A stretch of DNA of 63,789 bases, filler included, from Bigelowiella natans CCMP2755 (lineage: Eukaryota > Protista > Cercozoa): NCBI GenBank assembly GCA_000320545.1. It is 7 parts of 7 records of this genome, joined end to end, with 100 filler letters (N's around TTAATTAATTAA, not from the genome) between each part and the next. Parts side by side here need not be neighbours in the genome. Positions count along the whole stretch, not along the records: positions 41,430 to 62,448 come from ADNK01002313.1; 6 more parts are not named here. One strand, written 5' to 3'. This document shows positions 41,330-52,471 of the stretch, piece by piece (within the stretch, counting starts at the first letter, position 1; the number at the start of each line of letters is the position of its first letter). Below the pieces are notes generated by a model, which saw only the letters and a program-made list of their open reading frames with translations, was not told the DNA's origin and did no database searches. The translations under genes and the position numbers were made by a program.

Positions 41330-41429
41330 NNNNNNNNNNNNNNNNNNNNNNNNNNNNNNNNNNNNNNNNNNNNTTAATTAATTAANNNNNNNNNNNNNNN
41401 NNNNNNNNNNNNNNNNNNNNNNNNNNNNN
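41330..41429. other. Assembly linker
   Basis: N44-TTAATTAATTAA-N44. Confidence 0.97.
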
Positions 41430-41431
41430 CC

Positions 41432-44400
41432 GAAAACGACAAGCTCAAATGGCTAGCTATAATAAAGCAAGCCATGGACCTTTACGAGACAGGCAGGACC
41501 CGGATCAGGCAGCTAGAGAAAATACACACTACAGTTAGTGGGCTACGAGACGTTGAGGCGATAATGAAGGCTTTTGTAAATGAACAGGATGCTAACTCCC
41601 TACCCCAGGCTATTAGAAAATACAGAGCAATGATGCAGCATGAGAGAGAACCTGTTAGAGACTTTGCCACGCGCTTCCAGGATATGATCGACGAACTACA
41701 TGATTTTAATTACAACACAGGTGATGATCAGGCAAGGTTTGAAGAGTTCAAGTTAAAGATAAAGGAATCCACTTACGTTACGGAGAAAGGCTACACCACG
41801 ATGGAGGCAGCAGTGCAGGCTATATCCCTACGCGAGCAGGAGCAGGACCGCAAGTTTACCAGCCCTAAGGTACCTGGCATAGGAAACATTAACGCTATTA
41901 AGCCGCAGCGAGACTGGTACAAGGACAGGGAAGGTAACCGACGTTGCGGATACTGCTCACGTAAAGGGAAACACACCGCTAAAGACTGCAGAGACAGGAA
42001 AGAAGGACGACCCAGGATGACGATCAGGCAGCTCAACGAACACTACGAGAAGTTAAAGAGAAAGAAAGGCAGAGGACAAGGATATAACAACAGCAAATGG
42101 CAAGGCAGCAACAACGGGAAGAACAATAAATATAAGAACAAAAAGCAGAACAGTATCAATGCTATACAGCAGCAGATAAACGGAATATTAGATCACCTTA
42201 AGCAGGCGCCGACGAAGACAGCAGTACCAGCAACGCAGGACCAAGACAAGCCCATGACCCTAGACGACATAAAGAACTTAGGAGTATGCAACATTAATGA
42301 CGAAGACGCTAACAGGACTATCAAAGTTGCTATGACCAAGGTTAAAGTTAAAGACAGCTACGGAGACTACAAGAAACTACCTGCCCTTTGGGATAGTGGC
42401 AGCATGCCGAAGTCCTTCATAAGCCTAAGCACAGTAAGAAGGTTAGGACTATTGGATCAAGTGACTAAGAAAGAACGTAAATATGCTCAAGCAGACGGAA
42501 GCTCTTCCATGAAGACCGTCGGTGAGCTAATGCTAAAGCTACAGATACCTGGCAGCGACGCGGAGACCCAAATCAAGACCCGAGTAGCCATGACTTTATC
42601 CATGGAACTACTCCTCGGACAGGATGCCCTAGAAAAATTAGGGGGGATCATATCATTCTACAATCACAAGATATACTTTGCTAAGTTGCCAAAGAAGTCA
42701 GGCAGGACCATCAGCCAGAACATGATACGGCTTGACGAGTGGACCTCTGAGTCAAGCGTTAATGCGTTAGAGTTTATGGACCTAGCGGACAACAAGCTAC
42801 CTACACCTACCGAGCTACGGAAGAAGAACCCCGGCAAGACCATCCGACAGATAACGGAGCTACTGGACAAGACCCCCCCAGCTGATGATTGGGATATCGA
42901 CAAAGGCAAAAAGTACATTAATAAAATATTAAACGAGAAGTACTCTGACATCACCAAGCCGACGACGAAGCCCTCCAGCAAGCTTACCCCAGTAAAGATC
43001 GAGCTAAAGAAGGGATACGAAGAGTGCATCATCAATGACCCAGAACATAGGCGACCGGAAGCGGACTGGGAAAAGATAGAGTGGCAGATCAATGAATGGG
43101 CAAAGGAAGGGAAGATAGAGCCAAGCAACTCACCATGGAACGTGAGACATGTGCTAGCTAAGAAACCTACTTACCCTTTCTTCCGCCTGGCGCACAACTT
43201 CATCCGCCACAACCGAGTAATAAAGAGGATCCAGACACCTACACCAAGGATAGATGACGTTATTGAACACGTCATAGGATACAAATACTACTCTTCCCTA
43301 GATAAAAATGAATCATACATGCAGACACCCATCCACAAAACCTCCCGCCCCATTACCGCGTTCTCCAGCAGGCACAGGAAGTGGCACTTCGTCGTATTCC
43401 CTTACGGCCTAAGCATATCAGGGGATGCGTTCAGTAGTCAGAACTACAGGGCATACACACATGATGGGATGGCGTCTGTGTTGTGGGTGTTTGTGTTTGT
43501 GTATGTGGATGATGACATAATATGTACCAACACAGTCGTCGCTCAGATCTTCCTCCTGGAAAATATATTTATTAGGTTTGCACACTTCGGTTTTACTATT
43601 AGACTGCAGAAGTGTACATTCCTAGCTACAAGAATCAAGTGGTGTGGATATTACCTGGAGCAAGGCCGCATCACCCCAAACCCCGAGAAAGTAGCAGCAC
43701 TACAGCAAGCCCCTAAACCTAAGAATGCAAAGGAGTTAAAGTCATTCTTGCAGACTGCAGCTTGGATACTACGTAGGTTCTCCCCTACCTACGCTAGGAC
43801 TGCAGCTGCTTTTACTACTGCTTACCGGAAGGAGAACTCTGTAGGCCTCAGCTTCGCTAAGGTGTGGGCCAAGGCTGGCCTTGATGCCCACTTCGATAAC
43901 CTAATAAAGTTATGCAGCAACACCCTATTGAATGCTAAGCTAGACACTACTAGACCAGCTACCCTATGGACAGACTGGTCTAAGCTAGGTATGGCTGCTG
44001 TACTTACCCAAGACCAGCAGATCATACGGGTGTGGGGCAGGGCCTGCACAGCAGCTGAGGCCAAGTACAGCCCTACAAAAGGAGAGTATAAAGCCATGAC
44101 TGAGGCGCAGAGGAAACTAAGATACTACCTGCTGTCGGTGCCCAGCTTCACCTTAATGACTGACCACAAGCCCCTCCTAGGCATCGACCGCAAGCTCGAA
44201 GCGCCTAACGATGAGTATGCAGCTATGAGGGCGGACACGGAAGAGTTTAGGGACAAGAGGACAGTGGTCTACGCACCAGGAGACAAGCAGCTTGCTGACT
44301 ATTTCAGCAGGCTGTTCGAAAAGAAAGTCCCTACCCAGGTCACCCCTATGGTTAACGCGATTACCTTCGAGGACGGCGACTTCCTGCCTGAGCCAGAGGA

Positions 44401-45811
44401 GCTCCAGCACCTTCAAGAACACCTGGATAAATACAAACACAAGCATGAGGTACTTAGTGATAGGATATATGTATACACTAATAATGTTAGGCGTACCTAC
44501 GTGCCACGGCGGACCAGGGGAGCCCTTCTCTTTACCGCCCATGGACCTGCACACGTAGGAGAAAACCATATCACTGCTCTACTCTACCATTACTACTGGC
44601 CCTACAAGCTAAAAGAGATAAGGACATACCTGCGTGGCTGCAGGTGCTCCAGCTTGAAGGCGGCAGGCGTCGCCACCAAGGAGTCCAGCAAGAGCCGTGC
44701 ATCTAAGAAAATCAAAGCAAGGAACTTCTTAGATATCGTGCAAATTGATGTTTATAAGTACGATGGCTATCACTACCTTACCTTCGTTGATGTGGCCACT
44801 GGAAAGTGCTGGGTTAAAAAGATTATCAAGGTCAACGTTGCTAAGAAGAACAAAGGCTTATATAAGCAGAGGCTTACTAACTGCTACCGTACCTGGGAGT
44901 CTGAGCTCCAGGCTATCCCTGATGAAGTTAGCATAAACAAGATACCAAAGAAGTTACATGTGGATAATGAGACCTCTCTTCTACAGCTACCACACCCTAA
45001 TATTGATGCCTCACCTGTATACTATGCCCAGTCCAACTCCAAGGTAGAGCGACTCCACCGCACCTTGGCCAACCTAAGCAGGATAAATAGCACCACACCA
45101 GACAAGATACAAGGGTTAGTAAACGACACCTTCACGTCTGGGGGAGGTATCAAGGATAAGGAGAGGGAAGAAGGCGACGACAACGACGACGATACCGAGA
45201 GCGAAGACGAGAAGGTCCCGTACGATGGCCGAGTTCTAAAGGAAGGACAGTATGTTAGGGCCAAGGTAAATCTGAGATCGAGAAATAAACAAGACCCCTT
45301 CTGGGGTGGCGTTGCAAAGGTTACCGAGAGGAAGGGGAGGAAGCAGTACTACATCTATGATGGGAACAGGGTCACCTTGCGCCACATCAGTCACCTAAAG
45401 AATTATGATATCGGTGAGAAGCTCCTAGAGGATGTTAAAGTAAACCCTACTGTGTGGGAGCGAGCAATGCCTTGTTTAGGACCCCGACCTAAGTTCGATG
45501 TGGAATATGGAAACAATAAGGTCAGGGTGAACGACGATTGGCGCATGAAGATTGTCTATCTAGGCTACCCTGGATTACGAAATATGGAGAGGGTAGCTAT
45601 GAAAATAAAGGACGGAAAATATCAGCTACTCTACCTAGCTGTTCCCGACTTACCCTTTGAGCACTGGTATAAGGTCCTGGGGGACCTTGATGCAGAGGGC
45701 TGGTATGGACACGAACCTAAGGACGAAGGTGAGTTCTGGGTAAGCGACAAAGGAGATAAGGTTAGAGAGGAATCTATTACCTGGTGGTTGGTGAAGTTCC
45801 GAAAGCGATGA
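41432..45811 (+). CDS. Gag-Pol polyprotein with C-terminal Dam-like methyltransferase remnant (frame open to contig edge)
   Basis: Zn knuckle CGYCSRKGKHTAKDC; protease ALWDSGS; RT PYGL and YVDD; RNase H LWTDWS...TDHKPL...ADYFSR; integrase VQIDV/HVDNE/NSKVERLHRTL. Confidence 0.95.
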   Translation, partial: ENDKLKWLAIIKQAMDLYETGRTRIRQLEKIHTTVSGLRDVEAIMKAFVNEQDANSLPQAIRKYRAMMQHEREPVRDFATRFQDMIDELHDFNYNTGDDQARFEEFKLKIKESTYVTEKGYTTMEAAVQAISLREQEQDRKFTSPKVPGIGNINAIKPQRDWYKDREGNRRCGYCSRKGKHTAKDCRDRKEGRPRMTIRQLNEHYEKLKRKKGRGQGYNNSKWQGSNNGKNNKYKNKKQNSINAIQQQINGILDHLKQAPTKTAVPATQDQDKPMTLDDIKNLGVCNINDEDANRTIKVAMTKVKVKDSYGDYKKLPALWDSGSMPKSFISLSTVRRLGLLDQVTKKERKYAQADGSSSMKTVGELMLKLQIPGSDAETQIKTRVAMTLSMELLLGQDALEKLGGIISFYNHKIYFAKLPKKSGRTISQNMIRLDEWTSESSVNALEFMDLADNKLPTPTELRKKNPGKTIRQITELLDKTPPADDWDIDKGKKYINKILNEKYSDITKPTTKPSSKLTPVKIELKKGYEECIINDPEHRRPEADWEKIEWQINEWAKEGKIEPSNSPWNVRHVLAKKPTYPFFRLAHNFIRHNRVIKRIQTPTPRIDDVIEHVIGYKYYSSLDKNESYMQTPIHKTSRPITAFSSRHRKWHFVVFPYGLSISGDAFSSQNYRAYTHDGMASVLWVFVFVYVDDDIICTNTVVAQIFLLENIFIRFAHFGFTIRLQKCTFLATRIKWCGYYLEQGRITPNPEKVAALQQAPKPKNAKELKSFLQTAAWILRRFSPTYARTAAAFTTAYRKENSVGLSFAKVWAKAGLDAHFDNLIKLCSNTLLNAKLDTTRPATLWTDWSKLGMAAVLTQDQQIIRVWGRACTAAEAKYSPTKGEYKAMTEAQRKLRYYLLSVPSFTLMTDHKPLLGIDRKLEAPNDEYAAMRADTEEFRDKRTVVYAPGDKQLADYFSRLFEKKVPTQVTPMVNAITFEDGDFLPEPEELQHLQEHLDKYKHKHEVLSDRIYVYTNNVRRTYVPRRTRGALLFTAHGPAHVGENHITALLYHYYWPYKLKEIRTYLRGCRCSSLKAAGVATKESSKSRASKKIKARNFLDIVQIDVYKYDGYHYLTFVDVATGKCWVKKIIKVNVAKKNKGLYKQRLTNCYRTWESELQAIPDEVSINKIPKKLHVDNETSLLQLPHPNIDASPVYYAQSNSKVERLHRTLANLSRINSTTPDKIQGLVNDTFTSGGGIKDKEREEGDDNDDDTESEDEKVPYDGRVLKEGQYVRAKVNLRSRNKQDPFWGGVAKVTERKGRKQYYIYDGNRVTLRHISHLKNYDIGEKLLEDVKVNPTVWERAMPCLGPRPKFDVEYGNNKVRVNDDWRMKIVYLGYPGLRNMERVAMKIKDGKYQLLYLAVPDLPFEHWYKVLGDLDAEGWYGHEPKDEGEFWVSDKGDKVREESITWWLVKFRKR

Positions 45812-45852
45812 AGGTCTAAGGGAATAAGGAAGGAAGGAAGGAGCAACGTGAC

Positions 45853-45862
45853 TTGGGGGAGG
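45853..45862 (+). promoter_or_regulatory. Polypurine tract (plus-strand primer)
   Basis: TTGGGGGAGG immediately before TGTAG, downstream of the pol stop. Confidence 0.75.
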
Positions 45863-46107
45863 TGTAGCGCGTACCACTACGCGGGCACAAGTCACGTGCG
45901 ACAACAAAGGGGTTGTCGCGGATATAGAATATAGATAACGTAGATATTAATACAGCATAGGCACGTGGGTTCCGGCGGGACTCATGGCAGCACACCGGAA
46001 GTGTGCTGCCCCACGTGCGGCGGCATTCGCGAAAGCTTCGCGAATGATTACGCAGTGCACGATTTAATAAAAATATAATCTTTAATAAAAATAAACACAA
46101 CTCTTCA
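45863..46107 (+). repeat. Putative 3' LTR (~245 bp; right end inferred)
   Basis: Starts TGTAG right after the PPT, contains AATAAA signals, ends CTTCA; 5' LTR unavailable for confirmation. Confidence 0.6.
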
Positions 46108-46299
46108 AAAGGAAGCAAACGTGCCTTTCCCCCCCCTGCCTACTTGTGCACGTAGCGCCTCGGCCTGTGAACACCTTACGCGCAACACATTGTTTGATTG
46201 CACGCATGACGCTCGTCTTCTCATCAACCTACGATGACATCGGTACACATGCGCAGACATGCAATTCGACGAGTAGAGGAAATCCCATGAAAAAAATCA

Positions 46300-46506
46300 T
46301 CAGTGCAGGGTCATGCTCCGAGAAGGCAAATCACCTTCCCCGTGCAACGTTATCCGATCTCCATAGACGTTAACGACGCCGTAAGACCCATGCTCATGCG
46401 TTAAAGACCCATGTATGGTTAGATGATGGCAGCCGTTCCCATTTACCGTGTACCTTTTTTTTGTGAAAATATTTTTGCATACATGTATAACAAATGTATG
46501 TAAGAG

Positions 46507-46546
<40 letters not shown>

Positions 46547-46743
46547 CGGATTTCGTCCATAGTCTAAAATGCCATCATCATAATTGTAGGTTAGCAGTAT
46601 TCATCGGTTACCCGCCTGGATGGTAGTGACCAGCAAGAACGAGAGAGACACAATCGTATTTTCCTAGCATCGACGTCACCTAATCCACGATTCGACGGCG
46701 GAAATACATTTACAGATAGATTTTGAATGAGGTATATTTTAAA

Positions 46744-46827
<84 letters not shown>

Positions 46828-49027
46828 GGGGGTGGCGGGGGGTGGGAAGGCTCCTCCACCACTATTTCTTCGGGACTTCTTACTTCTGGATAATCCCATA
46901 TGACGGTTTTGAGGCTTGCAGCTTTCGGATCTAGTGGGATGTGGGTCATAATAATGGCCTTTTCGTTGTTCCTGGTTGCTTCTTCAAGCTCCCCTCTTAG
47001 CCACTCCATCTGCCGCGCCCCGATCGCGCCATTAAACGGTACGAATCTGAGTGGATGAGGGGGCGAGGTGGTGTAGAGGAGAGCAGGGTTGGAATGGGGC
47101 AAAGGGACTGGTCTCTAAGCAGGCTCAAACTCTCAACCGATGTTTTATTCAATAATCAACCACCGTTGGCGCTCCGGTGGGATTCCATCGAACCAATTGG
47201 TGCCTTTCCGAATATTCGGATTATTCGCATCGATCATTTGTCGTGCCTGGATATATTCTGGGCTCTTCTCGTCGCGACCCTCCAGCGATATGTCGTACGA
47301 ATCTTTCAGGGAGGGGGGGGGAGAGTGGGGTAATATGAGGGTGGGGTATATTAGTATATATACTTTTCATTTAGGTGTACACAGGAAGGACTGGCCCTGG
47401 TCAACACAGCTACATGCAATAGAATCGTCTTTCGCACAAAGCAATGATAATCTTGCCCACAGTCTGCCCCGCAATAAGGGAAAACCGCCTTATACTTAGT
47501 CTGCATATCAAAACCATGAGTGTGCAAGGCTGAACGCATGCGGATATCGAGCTACCAAGCATGATGAGTCTCCAAGACTTGTGTGGCTTGAAGCTGTAGT
47601 AAAGCCTTTCTGCACAAACACCGTCGTTGTCCCCCCCCCCATCCATCCCCTTCTTATCCTTGAACAAGAGCATGTACAAAGAGTCGCGGCCGAAGTTATA
47701 CAACTCCTACAAAGAAAAGGAGGAAGTACACAGTCGGTGGAGAAATGGAGCAGGGATGCGCTAAAACCCGTGAAATGCTAAGGGAAGAACTACATGAAGA
47801 GAACGCGAATAGAACAAACAGCGACAACCTCACTCATAGCACTAATACTGTTAAAAATGTGTGAAATGTATACGAAGTGTATGGGGGGATGGAATATTTG
47901 TCGGAGGGTCCGGTGTCACACACACACACTCACTCACACATGTATACACACACTCACACTTACACGCATGCACTCACGCAACACCCAAAAGTACTACATG
48001 ATTGCCGATCGCATGGTGGACTTTCGTGCAGAAGCTCCGTCCGAACTCACGCATAACACTCTTGAAAGCCGGCTCTGTTTGCGGGCACTCCATTTTGAGT
48101 CCTTCCCCATACCTGCCGCATCATCCACACGGCAGCCATATACAGAAAAATGAACATCACCACGAAGGCACGCATCCTAGACACGCCGTCTGCTCGCTGT
48201 TTCTAATTCTATGAGAAAGCATTTGCGTGTAACAATTCTGAGGATTTCGGACGCAAGGTCTCCCGAGAGCGACGCGAAGGCAGCCATGAAAAGGCTTGTC
48301 GTGCCAGCGACATGATCTTGTATCGTGGAGGACGCTCACAATACCATAGCACGAGCTGTTGTTATGAAAATGTACTAATCTAGTCCCTCCTCTCCTCCTG
48401 TCTACTGACTTACTTTCCAGCGTTTTGACCGTCGATGAGGTCTCCCAGCTGCGCGATGAACTGGATGTCGGGGGCATGGTTGTTCCAGTAATCTATTCGG
48501 TATGTGGCAAGCAAATCCTGACGACGATTGGGGTGATAACAACGAGGATGATAGCCATGATAGTGGGCCAGCCATCACGTCGACACTTCTTCTTTTGTTT
48601 TTCCTCCTCCTCCTCCTCCTCCTCCTCCTTCTTCTTCTCTCCCTCCCTACCTCCCTCCCCCCCTCCCCCAGTTTCTACCGACGGCTTTGCGGAGACTCTG
48701 CAGCGTTCCACGGTAGTATCGAAACTCACTTCCATGGAAGTTCGTCCCGTCGTCGATGTCTGCGTACTGCACATCAGCGATTACACCAAATCGGAAGAGG
48801 GGCTCCTCCCCGTCTTTTTCTTCTGTGATAGTCTCCTTGCAATTGGCGGACACCCTTCGCTTCCTTCGTTCATTACAGCTATCGTTGTCGGCTTCTCGCG
48901 CGTCTGCCAGCGCGGTACGTCCCGCCAGCCCCATTCCAAGAGCAGCAATACCGAGTTTACACCACAGCGAAGAAGGGGAAGATGCGGCGTTTCTTCCCCC
49001 GCGCTTAAGGGAGGGTGGGAGGGACAA
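46300..49027 (-). CDS. ADPRM: Mn2+-dependent ADP-ribose/CDP-alcohol diphosphatase (metallophosphoesterase); start uncertain
   Basis: [17 protein letters not shown]...[55 protein letters not shown]. Confidence 0.9.
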
Positions 49028-50451
49028 GCATATCCGAGTTTCAGTTTAAATATATTGTTGAATCCGTTACCACATACACGCGCGCATGCTCAAAGATAGT
49101 GTAAGCAAGGAAGATGTACACCGTGAAGAGGACATGGCATGCTTTGTCAGGGCATTTAACCAGCAATGAAATACCGTGTGCATCTGGCGAAATAGCCTTC
49201 TCGACTGCCGTAGCCCTGCTCCGGAACGACTTGCGAGTATCGTCCATAGTCCTAAGGGTATAGATGAGATCAGACCAAGAATTGAATCAAGCAGGTACAG
49301 AACTTCTTTTTCAAGTAATCCGACCAGACGCGCCCCAGAGTAGTAAAAGCGGCCTCATCGGCAGTACTTCGTCGACTAGGAATGCGGGGTTAGAATGCTG
49401 TGTAAGATAAACATTTGAGTGAGTCGAGGTCGTGAACATGGGTGCAGGTAACAGTGACGAGCAAAACTCTACACAGGGGAGATTTTGGAACTGGCGGGAG
49501 GGCTCCGTTCCCGCGTCTGTGAGGCCATGCTTTGTTTTGCATCACACCAACGAATCCTCTACTATCATTTGTTGCGAGCTACTTTGACTTAGTGTGGGGC
49601 CGAGTAAACGGGCCGTCAGAAAGGGACGGGGATGGTAACGTCTGCGATCTACGTCTGGCCACGTGTCTATCTTTGAGGCTGGTGTGTTATTGGCTTGTAC
49701 GAACTTGGCAGAAATTTCCTCTGATATCGATTGAGGAATATGTCAGATATATTCGGTATTAATTAATTTCCATATTCGATGACAGCCTGTCTGTGATTTG
49801 AAGGCGACGCCCAGCATCAAATAAAGGGAATGCAGACTTCATTTTATACTGGATATATCGTAATGAAACTGTGCAAAGAGAGCGCTGCATAAAAAGTAAA
49901 AAAAAGATACTCTATCCGACATTATGATTTTACGTTTCGGAGGATGGGCTCCGATTTTGTTTTCTAATCGCAGAATGACTCATTTTTTATTAAATTACAC
50001 GGGGATTAATGCTATGTTTAATCTGGTTTTAATTTGAAAATAATGGGCTCGAGCGGCGGCGCGTTAACTTGATATCCCTTTCCCACCTCTCCGCTCGTTC
50101 TTTCCGAGCAGCACCAGAGCAACACCTCTGTTTTCCTATGCCTATTTACTTTACCTTTGAACTATCTGCTGCCTTGAAACTGTACAATGTGGTTTCACAC
50201 TTGAGAAATGATTTGCTGCGGCACTAGATGAGACTGATAGCGTCGGCTTCGATGCTCGCAAAGCTTTTTCTCTGGTCCAACGCCACCTAATTCACGTCCG
50301 TCATAATCTAGAAATCGAACGTTTCTGATTCCCTGGGTATTAGGATGTTCTCTCAAATGTTACCAAGGATGCGTCTCCTAAAGGAACCCTCGACTCCCAC
50401 ATCGAGCCGGTCTTTCGCCTATGTGCCTGTGTGTGTGTGTGTGTGTGTATG

Positions 50452-50489
<38 letters not shown>

Positions 50490-52330
50490 CATGTGCTGTG
50501 AGAAATCTAGTGAAATGCCCGGGTGGATGCTTATACTCGATAGATCGTAAGCGTGATCAACGGGATGCGAGACTTCTACACAACTAGCTCATGCAGGTAG
50601 CGATCGGCTGTTGGTTGTGCTGCGTATTGTTTGATAATCTGCAATGGCTATTCGTTGAGAGGTGTTCGATTTTTGTTGCTATCAGTGGGCGTATTAGCAT
50701 TATGTCTCAGCCTCTCGAAAGGACTAAAGGTAGCCGTATGTCATTCTTCGGGGTGATGATTTTCTGTGCGTGTATTTTCTTGTAAAGAAATTCAATTTTG
50801 GGGTTTCCCGCGTACTGATCCCCGCATGTGTTTAGGCGGAAAGTGGTTACTCGTTACTCACGACAAGATCAAGTCAAATGCATCAACAAATAAATAAACG
50901 ACAATCCTTTCCCGTTCCTACCAGCCTCTAGCGCCTGAAAAATATTAAACTTGAGAGCCATGCAGAGATAAACTTTTAGAGCTGAGCAACGACTCATCTT
51001 ACCTCAAAGAAACATTTCGAAGAAGTTTGTTCTCCATATTAAATTCTAAGTTAATTGAGGTGTATGCGATATGGTGTGTCAGCTACTCCGAGGCAAAAGA
51101 AGCCCTCATAAACCTTTCAAATTTCTCCTCCTCGACCGCTCCAACTGCTTCTGTTGTACCGATGGGGGGAGAAGATCTCGTGGTTAGTTCCTTTTCTTAG
51201 ATGCCAGTTGAAAACTGAAACTATGAGCTGTAATTCTCTGTATTATGTCATGAAACTAATTATCTTTGCAGGTGTTTCGATTTGAGCCAATGGTGCTATC
51301 CGTTGAGTGCAGGACACTCGCGTAATTGACTCTCAGAATAATGATTGACAAGCAACTCCACTCAGAAGCATAAAAACATAAAATGCATTCTCATTAGATC
51401 AATCCTTTCGCAGGTTGGCGGACCGACTCGTTCAAAGAGCTATTCTTTGTGGCTTTCGGTAATACACGAAAACACTTCCTAAAATAGTTTGCTTGGGTGC
51501 GTGAGTATTGAAGAATGATCTGTTACTGCAACTCTGTTGAGTGGAAAATTGCTAAATCATTTTATTTCTCCTTTGTTTCACTTTTGCTGCTGCCTCTTCT
51601 GATGCTGCTGCTGCCAAAGGGAATCGGGAATCTCGTCCGTCAAAAAGCGTGTGATGGTGAGTTCACAACACCCATGTAGCAAAAGAAGAATAAAAAATAG
51701 TATCATTTCTTAATATCTCAAAAGACAACAATAAAATATTCGCGGCAGTTAAAGAACTTTTGCCTTAATATAATGATTATAACGAGGACAAAAAAAAAAG
51801 GATTTACTCTGTAAGTGATTCTTAAACGAATATGCCAAAGGCAACGATACGAACATCGTTACGACTTGAGGCGCCGGTGGGAAAAGGTGGTAGACTATTG
51901 GTATCGGATGAGTATTTACAAATTCTTTGTGCACTGGTACGTTCCACGACCCCCCCTCTAAACCTGGCCCCAACAAGTTTATGTTGTAAAACAAATATAT
52001 GCACTACGATAAAGCATTGTTTGGTTTCCATGTCTATTGTGGTACTTGATTAATCATTACTTTTTTAAGGCGAACGATAAGCTCCACCAGAACTGGATCC
52101 GAATGGACAGGTTTCACTCCCAAATCTGCCAAGCCGGATCGTGTGATCTAAACACAAGATGATCAGGCGAATTCGCTACACACGTGCTACATGCTTCATG
52201 CCATCCATTCACTGCCAACGTTATGCTGCGCAATTCACTACTCCACCCGACATTCACATGCTGCCAATGGAAATTCTTTGGTTGCGTCGCACTTGCTAAA
52301 AACTTTGTGGACACGAAAGCTACACAGTGT

Positions 52331-52404
52331 GACATTGCGAAGCTTCATCTTGATCCATGTGTGCCTGTCGTGGACTTTGTCGTTGACAAACTGCGCACTA
52401 GAAT

Positions 52405-52471
<67 letters not shown>

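Larger units (their letters stand above)
41430..46107 (+). mobile_element. Ty3/Gypsy LTR retrotransposon, 5'-truncated by the gap
   Basis: gag-PR-RT-RH-IN order in a single ORF, followed by a PPT and a TG...CA terminal segment. Confidence 0.95.

Noticed and set aside
45961-46019. Hammerhead ribozyme in the LTR three-way junction
   Set aside because: CUGANGA and GAAA core motifs are absent on both strands.
49100-52100. Possible additional gene(s) between ADPRM and the RRM gene
   Set aside because: Only short frames without recognisable domains; no consistent exon chain could be built.
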